64,000 nucleotides of DNA from contig CM052817.1 of NCBI GenBank assembly GCA_028534125.1, positions 57,290,001 to 57,354,000 on the forward strand. The letters are read 5' to 3'. A program made the position numbers and the translations under genes. Positions 37,570-50,162 of the stretch are shown here, piece by piece (the first letter of the stretch is position 1; each line of letters starts with the position of its first letter). A model generated the notes under the pieces. It saw only the letters and a program-made list of their open reading frames with translations, ran no database searches and was not told the origin of the DNA. The stretch is from Lama glama. Taxonomy: Eukaryota.

Positions 37570-39260
37570 AGAGACTGCCGATTGCCCACTACCTTCCATT
37601 CCTACCTCTTCCCTCGGCAATAACACCCAAAGCTCCAGCTAAACACATAGGCCTAGCCAGAGACTCCAGTTCCCAGCTCTCATTGGCAGCTAGATGTGGC
37701 CAAGCAAACAACTGCTTGCCAAGGGAATACAAAGAGAAAGGATATCTGCAATTCTCAGACCACACCTTTTTAATTTAATTTAATTTTTTTTAGTTTTTAT
37801 ATGTTTTATTTGAAGTTAAAACAAGACTTGCACATGTACATGGCCTTGGCTCCCAAAGATGGACTCAGAGCTCTTTACACCTAAGTTATGAGTGGTGATA
37901 TGAATTCATCTTCTCCTAGACGACAAGTTTTTATCAGTGCTTCAAGATCCATGTACATATTATTATATATATACACCACATCTTCTTTATCCATTCACCT
38001 GTTGATGGACATTTAGGTTGCTTCCATGTCTTGGCTGTTCTAAATACTGCTGCTATGAACATTAGGGTGCATGTATCTTTTTGAATTAGAGTTTTCTCCA
38101 GATATATGCCCAGGAGTGGGGTTGCTCAATCATATGGTAACTCTAATTTTAGTTTCTTAAGGAATCTCCATACTGTTTTCCATAGTGGCTGCACCGATTT
38201 ATATTCCCACCAACAGTGTAGGAGGGTTCCTTTTCCTCCACAACGTCTCCAGCATTTATTATTTGTAAACTTTTAATGATGGCCATTCTGAGCAGTGTGA
38301 GGTGGTTTCTCATTGTAGTTTTGATTGGCGTTTCTCTAATAATTAGTGATGTGGGCATATCTTCATGTGTCTATTGGCTATCTGTATGTCTTCTTTGGAG
38401 AAATGTCTGTTTAGGTCTTCTGCCCATTTTTGGATTGGGTTGTTTGCTTTTTGTTATTGAGCTGTATGAACTGCTTGTATATCTTGGAAATTAAGCCCTT
38501 GTTGGTCACCTTGTTTGCAAATATTTTCTCCCATTCCATAGGTTGTCTTTTCATTTTGTTTATGGTTTCCTTTGTTGTGCAAAAGCTTATAAATTTGATT
38601 AGGTCCCATTTGTTTATTTTTGCTTTTATTTCTATTACATTGGGAGATTGACACAAGAAAACATTGGTACAATTTATGTCAGAGACTGTTTTGCCTATGT
38701 TCTCTTCTAGGAATATTATGGTGTCATGTCCTACATTTAAGTCTTCAAGCCATTTGGGGTTTCTTTTTGTGTATGGTGTGAGGGAGTGTTCTACCTTCAT
38801 TGATTTACATGCAGCTGTCCAGCTTTCTCAATGCCACTTACTGAAGAGACTGTCTTTTCTCCATTGTATATTCTTGCCTCCTTTGTTGAAGACTAATTAA
38901 CTGTAGGTGTGTGGGTTTATTTCTGGGCTTTCTAGTCTATTCCATCCATCCATATGTCTGTTTTTGTGCTAATTCCATGCTGTTTTGTATATTGAGACCA
39001 CACCTAAAAAGGAGCTGTCTGCCCTACTTTCCTCTTCCCTTCCAGCACATTGGAATTTGAACATGGTGGTGGTGGGTCATCTTTGACCTTAGAGGACAGT
39101 GGATGAACAAAAGAGACGATGTCTGGGTCCTGCACAACCTCATGAAGGAAAGCTTCTTACCAACTCAGATTTCTATGAGAGAAAGAAAGAACTCTTTTAT
39201 TTTAATAAAGCCACTGTTATTTTTTCTCCTTTGATATAGCAACTGAACCAATATATTAAT
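37570..39260 (+). mobile_element. MLT1-type LTR split by the insertion at 37768-38994
   Basis: Left arm gactccagttcccagctctc..gcagctagatgtggcca; right arm aataaagccactgttatttt..atagcaactgaacc. Confidence 0.6.
37768..38994 (-). mobile_element. chimeric retroposed insert: L1 ORF2 3' fragment, about 170 bp non-L1 sequence, AATAAA and polyA
   Basis: ORF2-like peptides ([11 protein letters not shown]...[23 protein letters not shown]); TSD agaccacacct at 37757-37767 and 38995-39005. Confidence 0.85.
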
Positions 39261-39879
39261 TATTGCAATGTCATTGAATATATAAACTGTTATGTCAAGA
39301 CTTGATATTGTTCTTATTGTTAATTACATCTGCTGTCTTGATTTGACAACTCATGTTGTCACAAAGCAGTCATCGTCTTATTCACAGGACCACAATTTCT
39401 GCTTCTGCAGGTCTTGAAGGCTGCACAACTAGACTTTCAGATGTTTTGCATTCACATGTGGAAGTTGCTCCTAGCATCCCTCTGGCACAGTTTCTTCTGT
39501 TTCTATACTGAGAGTCCCTAGTAACTTTCTTTCTTGAAAACTGAACTTTCAGTTGAGCATTTGCAAGGTTGGCAAATACCAGGTCACAGCCCCTGTGATA
39601 AGTAGCCTAGCATGTGATGTTTTCCCCAACTTGACTCAGAGCAAGCAGAGAGACCATCACTTTACTCCTAAATAGTCTTCAATCAAGCAATTGAAAATGT
39701 TACTCAAGGGTTGGGTTGTTTTTTTTCCCTCTTGGTTTTGTTTTATCTAATGCACACACCCACCCACACACACACACAGATATACCTTCCTTGTCTACTT
39801 TGGGGAAGGAGTGCAGGGAAAAATAACTAGAAGGCAATTTAATTTAAAGTCGTTTACGTCTCCCATCTCATTTCTCATC

Positions 39880-40245
39880 ATACTTTCCTGCACTCTAGGA
39901 CCAGCCATCCTGAAATATGTGTAGTTTCCAAATTGACATGCTGTCCCACACCTTGGGACTTGTACACTTTGCCATCCCCTCAAGTTGACCTGCTATATCC
40001 CATGCCTTCTCTGGTCTCAGCTTGAACTTTCAACAAGCCTTTTCCGATCCTCCAAGACTGGGTTAAGCAGCCTGCATCACTCTGACTGCTCTGTATTAGA
40101 ATCACCTCTTTACTTGCTGGTATGTCCACCTGGACTATAAGCATCCGTAAGGTAGGGACTATGTCTTATCCACCTCCATATCTGTGCATCTAGTGTGTTA
40201 TCTGGCATAAAGTAGACACTGAATAAAAGTTAGCAGAATGAATGA
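39880..40245. mobile_element. L2 LINE 3' fragment
   Basis: tggactataagc...gtagggactatgtctt...tctggcataaagtagacactgaataaa...gaatgaatga. Confidence 0.7.
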
Positions 40246-40554
40246 GGGCATCGTGCCCCCCACAAAGTTCTTAGTAGCTCTTGCTCCACACACAGAGAGA
40301 GCAGGCCCCGGTGAACAAGGTGGCCCACTGACAGGACTGCACTGTGTCTCCTACGATGCCCACGCACGATGCATCGCGGGTACCCGCAGAGGACTGGTGC
40401 TAGGCCTGGAAGCGTTGAGAACAAAATCTTGCCCTGCTGGATGTGATGCTCAGGATCAAAAAAACTTGCCCAACTAGACTGCATGATGCTGGATCCACAT
40501 CTGCCTGTTAGCACATTTAAAAAGGAATTTCTCCCTTTAAAACAAGGTGCATCC

Positions 40555-41552
40555 AAACAAAGGCCATAAAGAAAGATGAAGAAGGACATTTTATAATGAT
40601 TAAAGGAGTGATACAAGATGAAGATATTACACTCGTTAATATATATGCACCCAATATAGGAGCACCTAAGTACATACAAGAATTACTAACAGAGATAAAG
40701 GGNNNNNNNNNNNNNNNNNNNNNNNNNNNNNNNNNNNNNNNNNNNNNNNNNNNNNNNNNNNNNNNNNNNNNNNNNNNNNNNNNNNNNNNNNNNNNNNNNN
40801 NNNNNNNNNNNNNNNNNNNNNNNNNNNNNNNNNNNNNNNNNNNNNNNNNNNNNNNNNNNNNNNNNNNNNNNNNNNNNNNNNNNNNNNNNNNNNNNNNNNN
40901 NNNNNNNNNNNNNNNNNNNNNNNNNNNNNNNNNNNNNNNNNNNNNNNNNNNNNNNNNNNNNNNNNNNNNNNNNNNNNNNNNNNNNNNNNNNNNNNNNNNN
41001 NNNNNNNNNNNNNNNNNNNNNNNNNNNNNNNNNNNNNNNNNNNNNNNNNNNNNNNNNNNNNNNNNNNNNNNNNNNNNNNNNNNNNNNNNNNNNNNNNNNN
41101 NNNNNNNNNNNNNNNNNNNNNNNNNNNNNNNNNNNNNNNNNNNNNNNNNNNNNNNNNNNNNNNNNNNNNNNNNNNNNNNNNNNNNNNNNNNNNNNNNNNN
41201 NNAAAAAACAAAAACAAAAACAAACAAACAAACAAACAAAAACAAAGCATAAATACAGGACTGAAATAGACTCACAGACAGAGAATACAGACTTGTGGTT
41301 ACCAGTGGGGTGGAGGGTGGGAAGGGATAGACTGGGATTTTAAAATTATAGAATAGATAAACAAGATTACACTGTATAGCACAAGGAAATATACACAAAA
41401 TGTTATGATAACTCACAGAGAAAAAATGTTACAATGAGTGTGTATATGTCCATGAATGACTGAAAAATTGTGCTGAACACTGGAATTTGACACAACATTG
41501 TAAAATAATTATAAATCAATAAAAAATGTTAAAAAACAAACAAACAAAAAAA
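40555..41552 (+). mobile_element. young L1 spanning an assembly gap, 16-bp TSD
   Basis: Left part encodes ORF2 endonuclease (KKDEEGHFIMIKGVIQDEDITLVNIYAPNIGAPKYI); right part is 3'UTR plus polyA; TSD aaaacaagg(t/c)gcatcc at 40539-40554 and 41553-41568. Confidence 0.92.
40703..41202. other. assembly gap (500 N)
   Basis: Run of 500 N. Confidence 1.
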
Positions 41553-44500
41553 AAAACAAGGCGCATCCCTGTTACTCAGTAGTAGTGGAACAGCAGGGTA
41601 GTGGTCCTGTTAGAGAATGACTCTGACATATTTAAGCATCATGCTGTAGTTCTTGCTGACTGCACTGCAACCGCTTAGGCATTTTTAATAAGAACTGTCT
41701 TGGTGGGTGGTGGGTTTGCAAATGTGCTACTCTAATGACTACTCATATTAGCTCTGTGTTAAAAGGTCCCAGGTTATGTCTCCATCTAGTCTGGTGTTTG
41801 TTTAGTGCTCCGTGTTAGAATGAGTAATAAGCCCCTTAGCTCTGTGACAGATTGCTCTTTAAACACCAGACCCGTCAGCATGCTGCCTTCAGTTCCCGCT
41901 AAGCAGAGAAGATTCCCAGGGAGTAAGTCCCTGGCCCCACGGGAGTTTGTGAAATGTGCAGTTGGAGGTCGATGGCAGTGTAAACAAATCTGAAAATAGC
42001 TCTTGTGAAAAATCTTCTGCTCTGCAGTGTAGGACCTACTTCTGCTAGAGCTCATTGAGACCTTCCATGGGTCCCGGGCCCCTCCCACCAAGGCTAGCGG
42101 GATGTAGGAGAAGATGTGGACTGAGCACTTGCAGCTGACTTGGAAACACCAAATTTGGATACAAGTAATTTGTCATGGGCTTTTTTTTTTTTTGAAATCC
42201 CAGGGTATATTTTTCTACACCTCTGAGATGACAGAAATAGATAAAATACTCTCATCTTTGTTTTATTGCTGGAGAAAGCAAGGCCTAGAGAAATCCACAG
42301 CCTGACCCATACAGAAGGTGCTACATGGTGAGTCAGTAACAGCACTTAGGATTGTGGAGCCTAGAACGTGTCCTGACCACTTGCCCATGTGCCCGACGCA
42401 GTGCCCAGGACATACCACGTAGACATACGGTAAGTGTTTATGGAAAGAGTGAATGAATTAGTGAAATCAACTAAACCAATGTCTCTCAAATTTGAGTGAT
42501 GTAAGAGACCTCTTTTGGAGAAATAATAGCCTCTTGACCCCAGAGATTATCTACAACACCCTAATTTAAATAATATACTTCATCCTTATTCTTAGTCTTT
42601 CAGTAGCGTATTTTCATTGAAAGGAAAACACAGTTTTTTAAAGTTCTCATAGAACTGACAGACCTCAGATAGTACTAGCAAACTTCACTGGGAGAAAGAC
42701 TGGTCTAGATAGTGAGCCCTTGACGGAGGGCAGGCCTCAGCTCTCCCTACCCATATTGTCAGCACCTTGACCCAGTAGCCTTCCTCCCACTGTTTGAGAG
42801 TGATGATGGTGATATGATCATGGCCAGCCCTCGACTCTAAACCAGAAAGGACAGCTTGCAAAGCCAGCGAGTGAGGGGTAAGCACCACAGGAGAGTTCTG
42901 GAGAAGGATGCACTGCAGCTAAGCCAGAGCTGAAGTCCAGCTGGGGTTCAGAAAAGTTGCCTCAAGGAAGGTGGAATGCGAACTGGGCCTGGGGACATGA
43001 GGAGGACTTGGTGACACAGAGGGGAAGGAGGAGGGCACCAGCCATGAGGAAAGGGGAGTCTTTTCCTTTCCTGCTGATTTGCTGCTCTCCCTTTAAATTG
43101 GATTTGCTACCAAAGCCAGGCCCTGAGGACATGCATCAGAAGTCTGCCCAAATCTCAAAGGACTGGGTGGGTTTTGAGTGATGCTCAACCAGTCAGAACA
43201 TCCTAGAAAGAGTATTAAAAATCTGAAGAATCTCTACTCCTCGATGCAGATGGCATCCCAAAGAGCTGGAAGAAAATTGTTTTCTACCACTTTCTGCCTC
43301 ATTTCTCCCCACTTCTGAGTATGAAAACTACTTTAGGCCACCCAGATCCTGTTCTCAAAATCTGAAGTTTGTCTTCTAGGCTCTGAAATGTCTCTGTCTA
43401 TTTTCTTATATGTTTAAATCCATAGCCCCACACCCCTTCACGGCGGGTCCTTGAGGTCAACCATCCTGTCTTTTTCATCTTGTTCCCATATCCTACTACC
43501 ATACCAGATCACAGCCAGGTATTCAGTACATGTTTGCTTAAAGAACATTGTTTGGCCAAATAAATGCCCAGAATTCTCCTAAGGACCAATCTCTTCTCTC
43601 GCATCAAAATTTACTCCTAGCAAAGGAGCTGATCAATCCATCCACATTCAGATCTAGTTAACACCTTAGTATGTTGCCCTGCCCAGTGGCATTTTAAATC
43701 CCATGTAAGTGAGATTTTTTTTTTGTATATTCATAAACAGATCTGGGAGACAGTTCAAGGCAAGAGTGGAGGTGTTTTTTGTTTCTAAACAAAAAGGTCT
43801 ATCTTCATAAGGCTGACTTTGACACCAAATCTTCTCAAAAAGATGAAGTGAGATTTTGGTATACTTAGAGGAGAGTAAAATTGGTCCTGTAATAACAGAT
43901 ATGAGCTACGAAGAGCAGCTTTTAAAAGAAAGAAACTACTGTCTACAGCCTAGCCACACTTATTAAGATGAGATTTAACCAAAGACTATACAATCTTAAA
44001 TGGTAGATAATAAGGTCAAGCCAAGTTACTATTTTCAGCTTAGAACAGATGACAAGACAGGGGGACATAAGTGGAAATTAAAGGAAAAGGGATTCAGAAC
44101 AGATCAGGTTACCAAAAATAATCAATGACTGAAATGACTTTCTGGGCTCATTCACTTGTGCTGAAAATATTGGGTCATTGAAAAAGTAATGAGATGATAT
44201 TCTTGGGAAATGGAATAGTTAAAATGAATGAGTCCAGATGGACCCAAAGACTTTAATCATTCTGAAGAGAAACACTTGCTGGGACACTCTCTCCTAAACC
44301 AACTTGAAATTTCTTTCTAGGGAGATAACTAGGTAGAGGGTAAGAGAACTTCATTCTTCACATTCCGTGGGTGTTTGCAGCTCCTTCAAAGTTATAATGG
44401 TATTTAACATCAAAGGGTCTTTATGAGCAGTGCCTCCTATAGAATCTTAACAAGAAAAACAGGCAAGACAGCCACTAAAGACATGGAGCCTTGGAGTTCA

Positions 44501-44689
44501 TTCTCAGCCAGGTTCCCAACCTAACTTGAACTCTCTGTGTTTCCACCCGTCACACATCTTCCAACGCATGATTCCAGGACGAGGACAGTTCAGGAGCCAT
44601 CTAATCTGCTGTTGGGCATCTGTGATTGTTAGACAGAGAGAATTGTTTCTGACAGGGTCTGGCCTCCCTAGAGTTTCTGCATTGGGTCT

Positions 44690-44980
44690 AGTACATCCTT
44701 TGTAGCTACACCACACATGTCTACATGGTCACCTAGCAAATATTTAAAGGCAGAGAAAACTTTTCTCTTTTCCAAGCTAAATATCCCCATTTCCTTCATG
44801 TGACATATTTTCCAGACTCTCTGCCCTCCTGACCACCATCCTTGGAAAAACTCCAAATGTTCCGTCATGCACACACACACACACATCCTAGAGTGGAGGC
44901 CCAGATGAAGCTGAGCAGTGTGTCAACTACCTTCTTTGATCTATAAACACCTACTCTGTTAATACAGCCAATAATATTAG
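44690..44980 (-). mobile_element. CR1/L3 LINE fragment
   Basis: caaatatttaaagg...cttttctcttttccaagctaaatatcccca; minus-strand peptide MKEMGIFSLEKRK..AFKYL resembles the CR1 ORF2 C-terminus. Confidence 0.65.
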
Positions 44981-45755
44981 TAGCAGCTACTATTCATTGC
45001 ACCCCACCATGTGCCACATACTGACCTAGCTTCTTTGCATACATTTTTTTTGTAATCAGAACTATACCCAACTTTAATATTCCCATTTTAGATGAAAAAA
45101 AATTAAAACTCAGAGAGCAAATAACTTGCTCAAGTTCACAGAACTAGAAAACTAAGCAATGGACTCAAATTCAGCTCTGACTCCAATGCTGTCACTCCCT
45201 GTCACTGTCTAATTTTTTTTATAATGACTACCTCTCTGCTCTTTCATTAGAATTTGTGGTCAACTACAATTCTCAGACCTCTTTTATCGTCACTTATGTT
45301 AAGGATTTGCACCCAGCAGGGAGTAAATTACTTTGCAAGGTAGTGGCATTCACTGCAAGGCATGCTGGGCACAGCCTGGGAGGGGTACAGGGCTGTGTGG
45401 GTACAGCTGTGGCCTCAGTATAGGCCATCGATTGTCCAAGCCCTAATCCAAGCAGACCCATAGCCAATGCAGCCCATTTCCAGAGGTCGCAGAAAGACCT
45501 GTGGGGACACCAGAGCAGGCACACAGCTTCAGAGGTATAAAATAGTGACTATGAGACTGTTAAGCCAACCCAAACTCCTGCATGGAATTCTGCCTCCAAC
45601 AGGGCCTCAGAGAACAGTATATAAAGCCACAAGGAGAATAAAGCAGGGCTTTGCCCACCTGGCTCAGGCCCCATGATCTAAAGGGGTAAAAAACAAGAAA
45701 ATTCCAAGTATCCAAGAGATCCAAACAGGCCCAAGCTTGTAAAGCCTGACCTCAC

Positions 45756-46365
45756 GTGCAGTGAAGGGTTAACCCAGCAGACCTGGGGGCCCAAACTCTG
45801 TGCATTCCAGAGGAAGGACTGGCCCTGACTGGCTCCTGATAGGTAACCTGTAGGCTATTGGAATATCCTGCCTGAGAGGCATATCTTGTATATCTGGGGC
45901 CCAGAGCCATGGCAGATAGTTTATGCTAATAATGTGATACATGGTAAATGCCTATTTTTGTTTGTCTGGGGCCCTGGTTCCAAGACTATCAGTTTGACCT
46001 TTGAGGAGGCTGGAGACTGAGTATCTAAGGTCAGTCACATGACCACTCCATGCCCACATGACTGACCCCTCATACAAACCCTGCACACCAAGGCTCAAGT
46101 TAGCAACACCTCATGCGTGTTGTCAGGCAGCACTGCTGGGGAACCACAGGCTGTTCATGCGACTCCAATGGGTGAAACCACCTGGAAGCTCGTGCCTGGT
46201 TTCTCCTGGACTCTACTTGATACACCTTTTCCTTCGCTGATTTTAATCTTCATCCTTTCACTGTAATGAACCATAACTGTGAAAACAGAAAACAGCTTTT
46301 CTGAGGTCTGTGAGTCCTTCCAGCAAATTGTCAGATCTGAGGGTCATCTTGGGGACCCCACATAG
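45756..46365 (+). mobile_element. solo LTR, MER77/MER68-like (ERVL)
   Basis: gtgcagtgaagggttaacccagcag...ggaatatcctgcctga...tctgtgagtccttccagcaaattgtcagatctgagggtcatcttggggacccc. Confidence 0.7.
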
Positions 46366-49300
46366 ACATCCCAATGGCAGAATTTGTGAGAGGGTAGCTG
46401 TGACCAGTAGCCTTGTTGGATGGCTTAGAAACCAACACAAAGACTAATTCCAAACCTCCCTCTTTGTGACCATATGGGACTTCTATAGAACAGTCGTCTT
46501 GGCCCCTCACTGGCAGTGGGGGAGAGCCAGATCCACCTGCAGAAAACAGAGCAGTCATCTGGAGTAACGGGGGTGGACCTAGGACAGAGGCAAATATTCA
46601 CACAGATATCCCCACCCAGATAAGTGACTGTTTTTTAAATAATTTTATTAGCAGGATCTATGGTTCTAATTGTGAAAGTAATACATATTCATTGTTAAAA
46701 ATCTGGAAAACATAACAAAATACACAAAAAAGAAAAGGATCCATTGGAATCCCACCACCCAGAGGTAAGCATGGCTAATAATGTGATATAGTTCTTTGCA
46801 GTCAATTTCTTTTTCATGAATATGCAGCAGTGTCCCTGATGGGACAGAATCTTAAAAAATTTTTTGTTAGCAAGAAAATCTGCAAGTTAAGAGTTGCCAG
46901 CCACTTCCATGTCTAACAAGTCACCTTGGGACACATTTTTGTTCTGAAACAATCACATGGGCAGTTTCTTTTAGTTTTGCAGATATAAGGCAGAGGCACC
47001 CACCATCCAGAGGCAAGAATGGCAGTCACAGGACAAAGGCTGTCCATCTCATCCCCTGGTACTAAGGTCAAATGTCACTGGGGAGTAGATGAGTCAGTTT
47101 GAAAGAGCCCAGGAGCTCCCTAGGAGGAAAGGAGTGAAGCCCCTAACTACCTCTCCTGAGGTACACTTGTTCTCAAGCATCTCTGATGAGTATAGCTGGT
47201 CTTATGCAGGCACCTGGATCACTGAATCGCTGGTGCTGAGGGGAGGTGGTTCCTGTTCAGGACCAGGACAACACAGCAGCCTTCGACTGCTGCAACCACT
47301 GCGGCACCAGAGGCAAGTTTGAGAAGAATGTGCATGAGGGCAAACTAAGAAGTTGGAATATTGGGAGCCCAGGTCATTGTTGGTATAGAACAAAGGGAGG
47401 AAATCTCCTCTCCCCAGCACGATGGGACCCATCCCCTGACCAGCAGTGACAGCACGGCCAGGGAGGACCCAAGGCAGTGGTGGCCAACCGCTTCCACCAG
47501 ACACCAGTGTTGGGAGCAGTAAGTGCAGCTGCAGTTGGCCGGTCAGATTCTCCCGGGCTCTCTCCAAGACATGTGGGAGTATCACTGATCCTTAATAAAC
47601 TGGGACAGAGGAGCCTTAGGCATATCACAAGAAGGGGTCCTCTGGGAAAGAGAAGGGAGCTTTCATCCTAAGTAGGATGGGGTTTCTCCTCTGTTCACTA
47701 GAGACATGTGACCATATCTTGTACCCCAAGCTGACAAAGCAGAAGATCTGAACTACAGAAAGACACAAACCCACATGTGTACCAGAGATTAAACTGCATA
47801 GATTCCCTCCTCTACTTAACATGACAGACTGAGCATTTTCTAATGACATTAAACATATTTATAAACATAATACTAACAGGTAACGATATTATGTAGTGCC
47901 TGTGTAGTATTCACATGAGAGGTGGTATTAGGAACCCTATATTCTAAGTAAGGAAAGTGAGGCACAGAGAAGTCATGTAATTTGTTAATGCCAGCTGGCA
48001 AACGGAGAAGCTAGCATTTGAACCCAATTTTGAAAACACAGAATATTTAATTATTTTCCTATAGTTGTATATTTCATTTTTCATGTATTTTTCACTATTA
48101 TACATATGCAGTTATAAACATCCTTGTGTATATATCTTTGAAAGTCAATGAACAATTTTAACCTAAATGTAGAACTTCACATTTATTGAACTCCATCACT
48201 TTTAATTTAGATCTGTGAGATTTTCTTGGATCTTGATTCTGCAGTTCTAATTCTCCACTCTCCCCCATCCCCCGCCACCCTTTGTGTCATTCAGATATAA
48301 CTGAGCTGTTCTCCTCAAATACTTTATCTAACGCTTGACCCGGACAAGATAAGGTCACATGGCTTGGTTCCTGCTTCTCTCATCTCACACTCAGCCTCCC
48401 AGCCCTTCAGCCACAGCCTGCTCCTCTGCTCCCTCAGCTGAAAGCCCTCGCTTCATCTCCTGAACACCCGACAGCCCCTCCCTATTCTCATCGTTGCAGT
48501 CCCAAAATCTCAAGAAAAAAGACTCTGATTGGCCCATTGCCACTCCGGTTTTGTAGCCCGGGTCCAATCATCCAGGGCTGAGATGGAGGATCGCGTGACT
48601 TGATGTGCTTCCCTCAACAGTGGGAGGAGGGAGAAGGGATGGTTAGATTCAGTGACTGCTTCTCTAGTTAAGCACTAGAGAGGGACATTTTTCAATCTTG
48701 GACAAGCCTTGAAAGAGAAGTACGAGCTGTTCAGAGGTGAAGAATTATTCATTTAAAGCAGTGCTTTACAGGAGACAAACAGTGCCCACCATCCTCAGTG
48801 TTATAGGCCAGAGACAACTTTCTAAGCATTATTTCCAAGCAGACCTGTTAGCCTGGCAAAATGAAGAAATGGGTCTATAGCTCAAAAGAGAAATTTGCAC
48901 CAAGTTAACTACATGGTTGCCATCAGAATTAGTGATCAATAAATTCTAGAGGTTGTGGAGAAGGCAGTGGTAGGTTTTGGCTCTAGGCACATAAACAGAT
49001 TCTCAGGGAAGGTGAGGAGGGTGAGAAGGGGGCCAAAGACAGAATGCTGGAACCACAGACATTTAAAGGGTTGGCAAAGGAAGTAAATTTCTGAAGAATT
49101 GAGAAAGGAACAGCCAGAGCAGAAGTCTCGAAATCAAAATCTAGCCAAGGCAGGACAGATCTGGGAGGAAGGGAGATGGTGCCAGTTCTAGGGAGATCAA
49201 ATAAGAAAGATAAGGATGAGCATCTGAGAAATGGAGGGAAGTGTGGGGAAGAACGGTGAAGGGGACTGAGGAACTAAATCAACTAAAAGTCTCCCTATCT

Positions 49301-49657
49301 CCGCCAACTAAAGCTTGGTGGTGGGGTACGTGTCCTGAGAGATGGGGGTATTCAGCAGAGAGGAACTTACCGGGATCCCCTCTTCCCACTATGTGGTTTA
49401 CTTGATGTTTAAAAAGCTGATGGGAACCAGCCAATCTATTCAGCGACTGAGACACAAACGAGAAGAGGGAGGACTAGGGGAATGAGATTTCTGAGGGAAA
49501 GGGACCCCAGAGCACACTTGAAAGAGCCCACAGAGTCAGGAAGAGGGAATGCCCCCGCCACAGGCAGTTGCAGGTCCCAAGGTCAAGTCTAGGACGTGGA
49601 CGGCCTGGGACCAGCCCGCCGCATTTCCCGGCCAGGCTCCTGCGCAGCAAGTGACGT

Positions 49658-49676
49658 TGCTGCCCTCTAGTGGCCA
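49658..49676 (-). promoter_or_regulatory. CTCF site
   Basis: Minus strand TGGCCACTAGAGGGCAGCA, essentially consensus. Confidence 0.85.
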
Positions 49677-50143
49677 CAGTCAAAATCGCAGGGCACGCGG
49701 AGTCCCTGTCGGCGGGAGAACGCAAGAGAGAGGCAACGACCCGGGACCGTGAGCCGCTGGGAACACGGGGGTCGCTAAGGACAAAGCTCACGGCACAAAA
49801 GGAATGGGGTAAGAAACCACTTGGATGAGGAAACGTTTATTAGCCTTTCCTGCACTTCTTGGTGATGGGGCGGGGAGGGAGGCGCGGACAAACGGTCTAG
49901 GCCAATTAGCCAAAGTAACGGCTATACTCGGAGCCACAAAAACGCCCGAGCCTGAGTCAGCCCCATGCTATGGATTCAGACCTGTTGTGACCTGCCAGGC
50001 ACAGACCATCAGTAGATGATGCGGCACCGCGGGCATCAGGGAGTGGGGAGGCACTGGCTACCTGTGCCTCGCAGCCAAGCACAGGGAAGACGCGGAGGGG
50101 TAAAGTGGGGCTGGCGCCCGGAGAGGAGGCATCGGCTGCACGA

Positions 50144-50162
50144 TGCTGCCATCTACCGGGCA
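50144..50162 (-). promoter_or_regulatory. CTCF site
   Basis: Minus strand TGCCCGGTAGATGGCAGCA, good core match. Confidence 0.65.

Noticed and set aside
38149..38800. Cellular CDS
   Set aside because: Frameshifted L1 ORF2 C-terminal sequence
40517..41416. 181-299 aa ORFs
   Set aside because: N-gap artefacts; the only real peptide is L1 ORF2 endonuclease
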